Shown: one piece after another, positions 1 to 7,904 of the stretch
Numbering within the stretch: the stretch's first letter is position 1
Layout: each line of letters starts with the position of its first letter
NCBI GenBank assembly: GCA_947085265.1
Contig: CAMTVR010000012.1
Span: 252,053-316,052, forward strand
Source: an uncultured Bacillus sp.
GTDB taxonomy: Bacteria; Bacillota; Bacilli; ZCTH02-B2
Direction: 5' to 3'
DNA: 64,000 nucleotides
The notes under the pieces: generated by a model
What the model was told of the DNA's origin: nothing
Databases searched by the model: none
The model's input: the letters and a program-made list of their open reading frames with translations, nothing else
Translations under genes and position numbers: made by a program

Positions 1-494
1 TGAAACGATTGCTTGTCCGGAGAATGCTGTCGCATCGTTTGTAGTTGCCTCAGCAGAAGTTGCGCGTGCTCTTTCCACATCCCATTCTTTCCGTCATTGC
101 CGGCATGGACCAATGCGTCCGCGGCAATCATCAGCCGACGTGCTGTTTTTTGAATTTTTTCTGGTTGTAGCTGAACATCAGCCAAAAGCTGCTTCAGTTG
201 AATCATCGTGTCGGAAAGAGCCTGAATTCCCTCAACTGTTGTTCGCTGGTCAAAAGAAAGTTGCGTGAATAATTGACTCATATGCATCAACAGTTGTCTA
301 GCCTCAAGAAACTGGCCATTTTCCAGAAGGGATTGCAGCTGATTCGCCTTTTCGAGAAATTGTTGCTCATGGACGGTACTGCCATCCTGTGACGGGGATA
401 GTCCATCATCTGGCTCCGCCGCATAGGTTGGCTGTACGACGAGAAAGCATAAAACGATTCCGCACAAGACAGATTGCCGCATCTTCTTCCTCAT
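1..494 (-). CDS. ypjB: Sporulation protein YpjB-like, N-terminal part (3' end lies beyond the window edge)
   Basis: Not in the ORF track because it runs off the edge. My translation from the ATG at 494 gives MRKKMRQSVLCGIVLCFLVVQPTYAAEPDD..., a signal-peptide-like N-terminus followed by a Q/L-rich helical region. The frame stays open to position 1. The identity rests mainly on its position next to ypjA-qcrCBA, as in B. subtilis. Confidence 0.5.
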   Translation of the reverse strand, partial: MRKKMRQSVLCGIVLCFLVVQPTYAAEPDDGLSPSQDGSTVHEQQFLEKANQLQSLLENGQFLEARQLLMHMSQLFTQLSFDQRTTVEGIQALSDTMIQLKQLLADVQLQPEKIQKTARRLMIAADALVHAGNDGKNGMWKEHAQLLLRQLQTMRQHSPDKQSF

Positions 495-518
495 GACTTC
501 CCCCCCCTCCATACATCT

Positions 519-1151
519 CTATGAGGGAAGGACAAGTTTATGACGCCGGTCAACCGTCAAAGCGAAGATAGTCAAACTCAGTACACTTAACCAAATCGTA
601 AAAAAGCCGAGTTGTGGAATGAAAGGGTTGAGGGAAGGGTGAACCCAAGGATGAAGAGCAAAGACGTAATCCATGAAGTCATTGAGAAAAATCCACATCG
701 AAACAACCAGCAAGTGCCGGTACCCAAATGAATAGGCACGTGTGAACAAAAGCGCTTCCAAGGCCATCCCGGTGTGCGAGAAGATAAGCATCCAATTGGC
801 AGCAGGAATCGTTTCAAACAAAAACATGGACTTGATCGATGGTTCCTGCAGCCAGGCGCCGGCAATGATGGCCGCCACGGCCCATATCCCATATTTAAAT
901 AACGTCACTGCAGCAAAAGCTTCAAGGTAAGGATTGCTGCGGCCGATGACGTATAGAAACAATACCGCTGTAAAAAAAAGGCTGGCGGTTGGACTGTCGG
1001 GTACAAATGGCAGATAGTGTAAAGGTGTTTCCGCAATCTGATAGCGGTACCAGTAGTAGCCGTATATCGTACCGAGAAAATTGACGATCAACAATAGCTG
1101 CAAATATGGATAACGGCAAACCACATTGGCAAGCCAATGCCAAACGTTCAT
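519..1151 (-). CDS. ypjA: DUF1405 family integral membrane protein (YpjA-like)
   Basis: 210-aa polytopic hydrophobic ORF (MNVWHWLANVVCRYPYLQLLLIVNFLGTIYGYYWY...). RBS GGGAGAGAGG lies upstream. Synteny with qcr matches B. subtilis. Confidence 0.7.
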   Translation of the reverse strand: MNVWHWLANVVCRYPYLQLLLIVNFLGTIYGYYWYRYQIAETPLHYLPFVPDSPTASLFFTAVLFLYVIGRSNPYLEAFAAVTLFKYGIWAVAAIIAGAWLQEPSIKSMFLFETIPAANWMLIFSHTGMALEALLFTRAYSFGYRHLLVVSMWIFLNDFMDYVFALHPWVHPSLNPFIPQLGFFTIWLSVLSLTIFALTVDRRHKLVLPS

Positions 1152-1184
1152 CGTTGTTCCTCTCTCCCTGGATAATCGTTTTCT

Positions 1185-1215
1185 AAAAGAAAAACCGGCC
1201 TTTCACGATGGCCAG
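1185..1215 (-). terminator. Intrinsic terminator after qcrC
   Basis: Minus strand reads CUGGCC-aucgugaaa-GGCCGG followed by UUUUUCUUUU. It lies directly downstream of the qcrC stop at 1234. Confidence 0.5.
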
Positions 1216-1233
1216 TTTTTCACTTCCGCTAGC

Positions 1234-2043
1234 TTATTTTTCTGCATTTTCGGGGCTGGCTTTTTGTTTTGCAAGCCACTCGACCAGCGTGTTCAGTTCA
1301 GCTTCTGAGCCGGTAAAGGCGCCAGGCGGCATAGCGCCTCGTCCATTTTTGATGACATTGGCAATTTCTTCGGCGCTCAAGCGGTCGCCAACACCTAACA
1401 GTGACGGTCCCACGCCACCTTGCATGTTCGCTCCGTGACAGCCGACACAAGAAGCTTGTGAAGCAAAAATCTTCGCTCCTTCACTGTCCGGTTCAACCAT
1501 CTCGACTTTTGCCGATTCCATCGGTGTACCGCTTTGCCCGGATGCAGCCAACTTCGCTTCGTGCTGAGCTAATGCGGCCCAAGTCAAATAGATGATCGCG
1601 GCCAGTGACAGCAGCATGATCCCGCTGGCAATGGGCCGTTTTAAAGCGCGGCGATGTGGACTGCGATCCAGCCATGGAGCCAATAGCAAAGCACCAAAGG
1701 CAATTCCCGGGATGATCACCGTACCAACCACGACAAAATCGCCTGAGGCAAATGGATATTTCAACAACTGATAGAGAAACAAGAAATACCAGTCAGGCAA
1801 AGGCGTGTAGGCGGTATTGGTCGGATCTGCCACATCCTCCAATGGAGCTGGATGCAAGATCACCAACATCATAAAGCCGACTAGGAAGACGGCAGCAACC
1901 ATCCATTCCTTCAGCAAAAAGTCTGGCATAAAGGCTTCTGTATTGCCAGGAAACTCATCGTAATCACGCGGAATGTTCGGCCGTCGCTCCGCGCGCACGC
2001 GAGAATCCCCGACATAAAGAACCTCTTTGTGTTCTCGTGCCAT
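1234..2043 (-). CDS. qcrC: Menaquinol-cytochrome c reductase, cytochrome b/c subunit
   Basis: N-terminal subunit-IV-like TM region plus a C-terminal c-type haem domain with the CVGCH motif. It follows qcrB. Confidence 0.9.
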   Translation of the reverse strand: MAREHKEVLYVGDSRVRAERRPNIPRDYDEFPGNTEAFMPDFLLKEWMVAAVFLVGFMMLVILHPAPLEDVADPTNTAYTPLPDWYFLFLYQLLKYPFASGDFVVVGTVIIPGIAFGALLLAPWLDRSPHRRALKRPIASGIMLLSLAAIIYLTWAALAQHEAKLAASGQSGTPMESAKVEMVEPDSEGAKIFASQASCVGCHGANMQGGVGPSLLGVGDRLSAEEIANVIKNGRGAMPPGAFTGSEAELNTLVEWLAKQKASPENAEK

Positions 2044-2093
2044 CCGTTTCCCCCCTTATCTCAATGAATTCTCCAATCGGACAACGCAAATCA

Positions 2094-2765
2094 TCAAAGC
2101 GGCCCGGAAATCCCTTGCCGGCGAATCAGTACAAAGTGGGCTCCCAGTAGGAGCAACAGAAGCGCCGGCAGGAAGAATACGTGTATTGCAAAGAAGCGAG
2201 TCAGCGTTACAGCGCCGACAATACTTCCGCCGGTCAGAAACGTTTTAATGAATTCACCCACAAAAGGCACGCTACCGGCAATTTCCACACCGACTTTAGT
2301 GGCAAAGTACGCCTTATTGTCCCAAGGCAAGAGGTAGCCGGTAAAGCCCAAGCCAAGCATCACAAAGAAGATCAGCACACCGACAACCCAGTTCAGCTCC
2401 CTCGGTTTCTTGTAAGAGCCGGTGAAAAATACCCGCAGCGTATGCAACAACAGCATCACGATGACCACACTGGCTCCCCAGTGATGCATTCCGCGAACAA
2501 TTTGTCCGAAGGCCACTTGATTTTGCAAGTAGTCGACGCTCGCATGCGCGTTGACAATATCTGGCACGTAATACATGGCCAAGAACATGCCGGAAAGGAT
2601 CATGATCAAGACAACAAAAAAGGTCAACCCTCCGAAACAATAGACAAATGCCGAAAAATGATGAGCCGGGTTGACATGCTCAGGGACCTCATGGTCGGCC
2701 AGGTCCCGCCAGATTGGCGTGATGTCGAGCCGCTCATCCATCCAATCATAGATTCGTTGCAGCAC
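2094..2765 (-). CDS. qcrB: Menaquinol-cytochrome c reductase, cytochrome b6 subunit
   Basis: 223 aa. Typical cytochrome b6 sequence (FVYCFGGLTFF..., conserved His pairs in TM helices). Confidence 0.92.
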   Translation of the reverse strand: MLQRIYDWMDERLDITPIWRDLADHEVPEHVNPAHHFSAFVYCFGGLTFFVVLIMILSGMFLAMYYVPDIVNAHASVDYLQNQVAFGQIVRGMHHWGASVVIVMLLLHTLRVFFTGSYKKPRELNWVVGVLIFFVMLGLGFTGYLLPWDNKAYFATKVGVEIAGSVPFVGEFIKTFLTGGSIVGAVTLTRFFAIHVFFLPALLLLLLGAHFVLIRRQGISGPL

Positions 2766-2771
2766 GGTTAA

Positions 2772-3281
2772 TCACCCCCTCACCAGACGGTTCGGTACGA
2801 TTTTTCCGAGGTACAGTTTGTTCCCATCCACCTTCGTTTCATACTCATCCAGCGGTGCAGGTGGCGGTGTTCCGGGTACATTTTTCCCGTTCTTTTCGTA
2901 TAATCCGAAGTGACACGGACAAAAGTACTGATTCGGATGATCGGGAGAACCGTTCCAGTTGACGATGCAACCGAGGTGTTTACAGATGGGAGAAAGTGCC
3001 AGAACATTCCCGTTTTCAACCGTAATCCACGCAGTCTGCACCACTTCCGATTCGTACCAGCCGTCAACCTGTTTCACTTTAAAATCTTTCTTTGTAGGTT
3101 CCGGCCCAAACTCACTGATGTCACCAACCGGAATCCAATCGGAATCATCCTTCGCTTTTAAGGCGGGATCGATGGCAAAACGAACCAGTGGGGTGAGGAT
3201 GGTTGCTGCCAAGAAACCTCCCGTCCCCATCAGGGAGTACATCAGGAAGGTTCGCCTCGAGATCCGTTTCCTGTCGCTCAT
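2772..3281 (-). CDS. qcrA: Menaquinol-cytochrome c reductase, Rieske Fe-S subunit
   Basis: Rieske boxes CKHLGC and CPCHFG. Tat-like N-terminus MSDRKRISRRTFL. I place the start at ATG 3281, which has RBS GAAGAGGGGG 6 nt upstream, rather than at the longest ORF start 3323. Confidence 0.9.
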   Translation of the reverse strand: MSDRKRISRRTFLMYSLMGTGGFLAATILTPLVRFAIDPALKAKDDSDWIPVGDISEFGPEPTKKDFKVKQVDGWYESEVVQTAWITVENGNVLALSPICKHLGCIVNWNGSPDHPNQYFCPCHFGLYEKNGKNVPGTPPPAPLDEYETKVDGNKLYLGKIVPNRLVRG

Positions 3282-3344
3282 TGCTAACCCCCTCTTCGAT
3301 GAAATGGTTGGCCGAACTACCACATATGTACTAGGACATAATCC

Positions 3345-3373
3345 ATCATATCCCCTTGCATTTAGGGTGTCAA
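3345..3373 (-). promoter_or_regulatory. Sigma-A-type promoter of qcrABC
   Basis: Minus strand reads TTGACA, 17 nt, TATGAT (-35 at 3368-3373, -10 at 3345-3350). Confidence 0.55.
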
Positions 3374-3381
3374 GTTATGAC

Positions 3382-3402
3382 AAAATTGGACTAAAATTGG
3401 AC
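3382..3402 (-). repeat. Tandem direct repeat GTCCAATTTT x2 (11-bp period) just upstream of the qcr -35
   Basis: Plus strand reads AAAATTGGAC-t-AAAATTGGAC at 3382-3391 and 3393-3402. The two copies are identical. Confidence 0.6.
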
Positions 3403-3480
3403 TGTCTTTAATGTGAGCGTAAAACCGTTTGGTTATGCATTTTGGTATACTCGCCTGCGGTCACACCATGGATCGGCTTC

Positions 3481-3906
3481 TTATCTGCCTCCAGACCAGG
3501 TGCGAAGCAGGAAATGATAGACGTCTGAAGGTGTCACCTGTCCTGTCATATCAATGAGGTAAATCTCATCATCTGGGCGGAACCGTCGAAGCGGTTGATT
3601 TCCATTTTGCTCCAGTCCAGCGCCGACAAAAACCAGGTAACGGAATGGATCTTTGAGAAAAATATTGCTCCAATGCGCTAGCTGTTTTTCCCAGTCTATC
3701 CTAGAAACCCAGAGTTCTGGCAACAAGATAACCCTACCCGTCAGCGGCTGTTCGATTTTTTGACAGAAATCCAACAGTTCCATGGACTGTTTTTGAATTT
3801 CAAGAAATTCTTGAGTAGCATCCAGCCAGTGCAAAGGCGCCAGCAGCGTGTCCAGATATTTGGCATGTTCTTTGTAGACTTCACGATTCAGCTCATAATA
3901 ATCCAT
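3481..3906 (-). CDS. ypiF: DUF2487 family protein (YpiF-like)
   Basis: 141 aa from ATG 3906, with RBS GAAAGGAG 7 nt upstream (MDYYELNREVYKEHAKYLD...). Size and position next to qcrA match B. subtilis ypiF. The longer ORF reaching 4029 has no RBS. Confidence 0.6.
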   Translation of the reverse strand: MDYYELNREVYKEHAKYLDTLLAPLHWLDATQEFLEIQKQSMELLDFCQKIEQPLTGRVILLPELWVSRIDWEKQLAHWSNIFLKDPFRYLVFVGAGLEQNGNQPLRRFRPDDEIYLIDMTGQVTPSDVYHFLLRTWSGGR

Positions 3907-3930
3907 TCTCTTGCTCCTTTCCTCATCCAT

Positions 3931-3966
3931 AAAAAAACGGGTTGCCAGGGTCTTCACCGGTCCCGT
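3931..3966 (-). terminator. Possible intrinsic terminator after the 373-aa gene
   Basis: Minus strand has an ACGGG...CCCGU outer stem with imperfect inner pairing, followed by U7. The stem is weak. Confidence 0.4.
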
Positions 3967-4025
3967 GTTCAAGATAAATGAAAATCGAACAAAAGACAAA
4001 CCACAAAACAGGAATTTGTCGTGAA

Positions 4026-5147
4026 TCAATCCCTATAAGGATATGTCGGTATCGGTGTCGCTTCAAAGCTTCTCACCTGCTCGAGCAGTTTCTTTCCAAC
4101 CTGACTGAGACGGATCGCTATCCGTTCGGAGAAAGTTGCCATTTGCAACATTCCCAAGTGAACCATCATTTTGATGATCCGCTGTTCAAAAACCTGTTCC
4201 GGGGAATCGTAATAAAAAGAGGTTATCCAAGGCTTCATGACGGTGAACAAAGAAGAAAGACTGGTCCACTTATCATCACATAATAGCCCCACTAGGTTTG
4301 TAAGGATGGGCAGGAGCGGAATTGGATGCTTATAGATGCGGATCCAAGTCCTGTAAACCGGAATTAAATCCAGCGATTGAGGCGACCCGAGAAATTGTTT
4401 TCCTTTATCAGTTACTACAACGTGTTCAGATTCTATTTTGATCAAGCGTAAAATCAAACAAACATCGTGGATAAGGGAAAAGCGATCAGGATAATGACGA
4501 AAGTGAAATCCATAGCCAAAACGCCAGCCCACTTGGGTCGGTATTTCTTCCTGGACCGACATTCGCATCAACAGTTGTTGTAAGTGACGCTTATACAACA
4601 CTTTTTCGGAAGTGATCGGCACCTCTGTTTGGTAGAGATAGTTTAAAAATGACCGAATATCGGCCAAAAGGCTATCACCTTCATCGCGATAAATCATCGG
4701 CGGCGTGGAAAAGGTTTCCAGTCGGCGAACGTAGTCGTGGCGAATTTGGGCTATCAATTCCTCATTCAAATCACGGGGAACGCGGAAGAGATCATGTGTT
4801 TTGCGGCTGACGCCGTGAAATATCCATCCACTAGCTAAAGCTTCTGAGATGAGGGTTCTGATTGGCCGAGGTGATTTTGTGTGGGACACCGCCAATGTCG
4901 CTTTGGCCGTCAATTCTTCTAAGGAGAACCACTCTCGGCGATCGAAGACCAACAACATTAAAAAAAGCAGTTCTTCTCTAGCTAGTTCATGTAGCTCAGT
5001 ACCATAGATCCCTTTTTGTTTCATCCGGATGAGAATAGATTGAATCAACTGCTGTTTTGAATGGGTGTTGCACTCACATTCCAGTCGCTGAGCCATTCGA
5101 TTCAGTTGATGAATGTCAGCGTAACTCAGCAAATCGGCCACATTCAA
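4026..5147 (-). CDS. Hypothetical protein, 373 aa, no family confidently recognised
   Basis: Long uninterrupted ORF. The likely start is TTG 5147, which lies 8 nt after AAAGGAG (MNVADLLSYADIHQLNRMAQRLE...). The protein is soluble, helical and W/F/Y-rich. It occupies the slot where B. subtilis has ypiA/ypiB. The N-terminal pattern only vaguely recalls XPB-N/Helicase_C_3-like domains. Confidence 0.7.
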   Translation of the reverse strand: MNVADLLSYADIHQLNRMAQRLECECNTHSKQQLIQSILIRMKQKGIYGTELHELAREELLFLMLLVFDRREWFSLEELTAKATLAVSHTKSPRPIRTLISEALASGWIFHGVSRKTHDLFRVPRDLNEELIAQIRHDYVRRLETFSTPPMIYRDEGDSLLADIRSFLNYLYQTEVPITSEKVLYKRHLQQLLMRMSVQEEIPTQVGWRFGYGFHFRHYPDRFSLIHDVCLILRLIKIESEHVVVTDKGKQFLGSPQSLDLIPVYRTWIRIYKHPIPLLPILTNLVGLLCDDKWTSLSSLFTVMKPWITSFYYDSPEQVFEQRIIKMMVHLGMLQMATFSERIAIRLSQVGKKLLEQVRSFEATPIPTYPYRD

Positions 5148-5260
5148 CCCTACCACTCCTTTATACTCCGGTCCGTTTTGCTAACAGTAGCATGAACGTT
5201 TTTTCCCCAGTGTGTTTTGTTTCTTTCCTTAGTATGTTGAATGGAAGACACGGGTTATAC

Positions 5261-5297
5261 AAAAAAGACAAAAAAAGAGCCACTCATTTCTGAGTGG
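5261..5297 (-). terminator. Intrinsic terminator (end of the aro supraoperon and of the short unit below)
   Basis: Minus strand reads CCCACUCA-gaaa-UGAGUGG, then CUC-UUUUUU-GUC-UUUUUU. Confidence 0.65.
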
Positions 5298-5331
5298 GTA
5301 GATGGATAGGAGTGGAGAGAAACCATACTGT
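5271..5331 (-). ncRNA. Candidate ~60-nt small RNA or attenuator leader (promoter-to-terminator unit)
   Basis: Bounded by the promoter at 5338-5366 and the terminator at 5261-5297. Contains a 5' hairpin CCAUA-cag-UAUGG and a C/U-rich tract UCUCUCCACUCCUAUCC. No ORF is present. Confidence 0.35.
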
Positions 5332-5337
5332 ATGGAA

Positions 5338-5366
5338 AGTATAATACAGAAAACGCTTACAGTCAA
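5338..5366 (-). promoter_or_regulatory. Sigma-A-type promoter inside the aroA 3' region
   Basis: Minus strand reads TTGACT, 17 nt, TATACT (-35 at 5361-5366, -10 at 5338-5343). Confidence 0.5.
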
Positions 5367-5445
5367 CGGAATTTTTGTTCCACTTAAAAGTTTATTGCAT
5401 TTAACGTTTGTTTCATTTAACGTGGTTGCAGCTGCTTCGCTGTCT

Positions 5446-6741
5446 TTAGCGAAGCAGCTGGTCAAAACGTTCAGCAAAACCGGGAAAAGAAATGTTGATC
5501 GCTTCTGCCCCATGAATCCGGGTTGAACCCGAGGCAATCAACCCGGCGACATATGCGGCCATCCCAATCCGGTGATCTCCGCAAGTGTCAACCGTCGTTC
5601 CTTGAAGCGGTGTTGGACCATGAATAATCATCCCATCTGCAGTGGCTTCCACTCGCGCGCCCATGTCTTTTAAAAAACGGCTGACAGTGGCAATTCGGTC
5701 TGTTTCTTTGACACGCAATTCCTGAGCATCACGAATGATCGTTGTCCCCTCAGCCTGGGTGGCCAGGACGGCGATGACAGGGATTTCATCGATGAGCCGT
5801 GGGATCAGGTCTCCTTCGATAATGGTTGCTTGCAGCTCAGAAGCGTGAACATGCAGGTCTGCAACCGGTTCTTCCCCCCAGGATTGCCGATTCAGAATTT
5901 CCACTTTTCCACCCATCGCCTGAAGTACATCGAGGATTCCTGTTCTCGTCGGGTTGATACCGACCTCTTTTAGAAACAGGCTGCTTCCCTTGACCAGACT
6001 GGCGGCTACCAGAAAATAGGCGGCCGAGGAGATGTCTCCCGGGACACGAAGGTGCACGCCTCCTTGCAGACGTTGCATGCCATTGATCGTTGTAGTGGTG
6101 TTTTGCTTTTGTACCGCCACACCAAAAGCAGCCAGCATACGTTCTGTGTGATCGCGGGAAAGATAAGGCTCATGAATGGTCGTTTTGCCGCTGGCTTGCA
6201 GGCCGGCTAAGAGAATCGCTGATTTGACCTGAGCACTGGCCACAGGGGAAGAAAACTGTATCCCAGATAAAGAACCGCCACGGATGGCCAAGGGAGCATA
6301 GTTGCCGGCTTGTCGGCCGTCTATGTGCGCCCCCATTGCCCGCAACGGTTCCACCACTCGTTTCATCGGACGCCGCGCAATGGATGCATCCCCCTGAAGA
6401 ACGCTGTGGAAGGAACTTCCGGCTAGGATTCCCAACAGCAGGCGGATGGTGGTACCCGAATTGCCGACGTCCAATATGCTATCAGGCTCACGCAATCCCT
6501 CCCATCCTTGGCCCTCGACAACCATCTCATCCGCTGAGGGTTGACTAATCGCGATTCCCATTTTACGAAAGCAGTCCACTGTCCTTAAACAATCTTCTGC
6601 CACGAGAAAGCCGTGAATGCGGGTAGGGCCATCCGCCACCGAACCGAGCATGATGGCACGATGGCTGATCGACTTATCCCCTGGGACCCGCACTGCGCCA
6701 GTGAGTGATCGGCTTGCTTTTTCCACGTGTAATTGGGTCAT
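5446..6741 (-). CDS. aroA: 3-phosphoshikimate 1-carboxyvinyltransferase (EPSP synthase)
   Basis: VRVPGDKSISHRAIMLGS..., LGNSGTTIRLL and other typical EPSPS motifs. Start ATG 6741 has RBS GGAGGAAG upstream. The longer ORF start at 6795 is rejected. Confidence 0.93.
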   Translation of the reverse strand: MTQLHVEKASRSLTGAVRVPGDKSISHRAIMLGSVADGPTRIHGFLVAEDCLRTVDCFRKMGIAISQPSADEMVVEGQGWEGLREPDSILDVGNSGTTIRLLLGILAGSSFHSVLQGDASIARRPMKRVVEPLRAMGAHIDGRQAGNYAPLAIRGGSLSGIQFSSPVASAQVKSAILLAGLQASGKTTIHEPYLSRDHTERMLAAFGVAVQKQNTTTTINGMQRLQGGVHLRVPGDISSAAYFLVAASLVKGSSLFLKEVGINPTRTGILDVLQAMGGKVEILNRQSWGEEPVADLHVHASELQATIIEGDLIPRLIDEIPVIAVLATQAEGTTIIRDAQELRVKETDRIATVSRFLKDMGARVEATADGMIIHGPTPLQGTTVDTCGDHRIGMAAYVAGLIASGSTRIHGAEAINISFPGFAERFDQLLR

Positions 6742-6806
6742 CAACTTCCTCCAATATATCAGGTTCTCCATATCGACCTTCGATTTCGTAACCAATTCGC
6801 AACCAG

Positions 6807-7904
6807 TTATCGGTGATACACTTGAAATCCTTTGTTTTGGAGCGCTTCAACCGCCTTGTCGAGATCTTCCTGTTGGCGAAAGGAAAGTCGCAATACGCCT
6901 GGAATATCGGCGCGGTTTTCGATGATGTGGATATTCGTGAGATTGATCTGGCGGTTGCCAAGAATCGTCGCCACTTCGCCAATAATTCCAGGACGATCGG
7001 GGATATCCACATAACATTCGTAAAGAGGGGGTAAAATTCCCTTTTTCCGTTCCGGTATCTGCTCTCGAAAGTTACGCGCTTCGTGAAAAAAAGAATAAAT
7101 CGCCGCTGCATCTTTTTGTGCGAGGAGCTGTTTGATTCTGGTCAGCTCCACTTGCCAATCCTCTAGCAATGGCAACAAAACATCTCTGTTTTGCAACAGG
7201 ATGTCCCGCCACATGATAGGGTTGCTGGATGCAATCCGTGTCAAATCCCGAAAACCCCCTGCGGCCAATTGGCTGTACCAATGGTTTTCTTGATCATATC
7301 GAGCCACCTGCTGGACCAAAGCCGCAGCAATGATGTGGGGAAGATGGCTGATGAGGCCGACAACTCGATCATGTTCTTCGGCTGTCATTTCGACCAATGT
7401 CGCCCGTGTGCTGGTCAGCAAGGATTTTAGCCTTTGACACAAGAATTCCGGTGAGTCAGGATGGGGCGTCAAAACGTAGAAAGCATTTTCAAAAAGCCGA
7501 TCGGAAGCGGCCTCTACTCCTGAACGGTGAGATCCTGCCATTGGGTGTCCGCCAACAAACCGCTCTTTCCCTAAAAGGGATACGCCGGCTTCAACCACTT
7601 TTGATTTCGTACTTCCTGTATCTGAAACGATACATCCTGGTTTGAGCGGCAGATGGGCAAGCTTTTTGAGAAGGTGCAGAATGGTGTCTACCGGAGTACA
7701 TAGAAAAATAAAATCGGCCTCTTCCGTTGCTTCACTCAAATCTGTGGTCCCGTGATGGATAATGCCCAATTGTTGCGCCAGCGTCAATGTAGATGGGTCA
7801 AGGTCAAACCCGGTAACCCGGATCGTCTGATTGGCGTCATGCTGTAAAGACAGCGCCAGTGAACCGCCGATCAGGCCCACTCCCAGGATGGCAACCTGCG
7901 TCAT
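6807..7904 (-). CDS. tyrA: Prephenate dehydrogenase with C-terminal ACT domain
   Basis: N-terminal GVGLIGGS Rossmann motif, a PDH core, and a C-terminal ACT-like region. Synteny hisC-tyrA-aroA. Confidence 0.9.
   Translation of the reverse strand: MTQVAILGVGLIGGSLALSLQHDANQTIRVTGFDLDPSTLTLAQQLGIIHHGTTDLSEATEEADFIFLCTPVDTILHLLKKLAHLPLKPGCIVSDTGSTKSKVVEAGVSLLGKERFVGGHPMAGSHRSGVEAASDRLFENAFYVLTPHPDSPEFLCQRLKSLLTSTRATLVEMTAEEHDRVVGLISHLPHIIAAALVQQVARYDQENHWYSQLAAGGFRDLTRIASSNPIMWRDILLQNRDVLLPLLEDWQVELTRIKQLLAQKDAAAIYSFFHEARNFREQIPERKKGILPPLYECYVDIPDRPGIIGEVATILGNRQINLTNIHIIENRADIPGVLRLSFRQQEDLDKAVEALQNKGFQVYHR

Noticed and set aside
2181-2771. 196-aa plus-strand ORF, plus similar long antisense ORFs at 14103..14696, 12138..12755, 56817..57398, 62657..63250 and 63341..63751
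   Set aside because: Each is fully embedded antisense in a strongly recognisable gene (qcrB, trpD, trpF, punA, DUF3866, carboxyltransferase). None has an RBS or a recognisable motif.
5229-5537. 102-aa minus-strand ORF and 74-aa plus-strand ORF (5302..5526) in the aroA downstream region
   Set aside because: They span the promoter, the hairpins and the terminator. They have no RBS and partly overlap the aroA 3' end.
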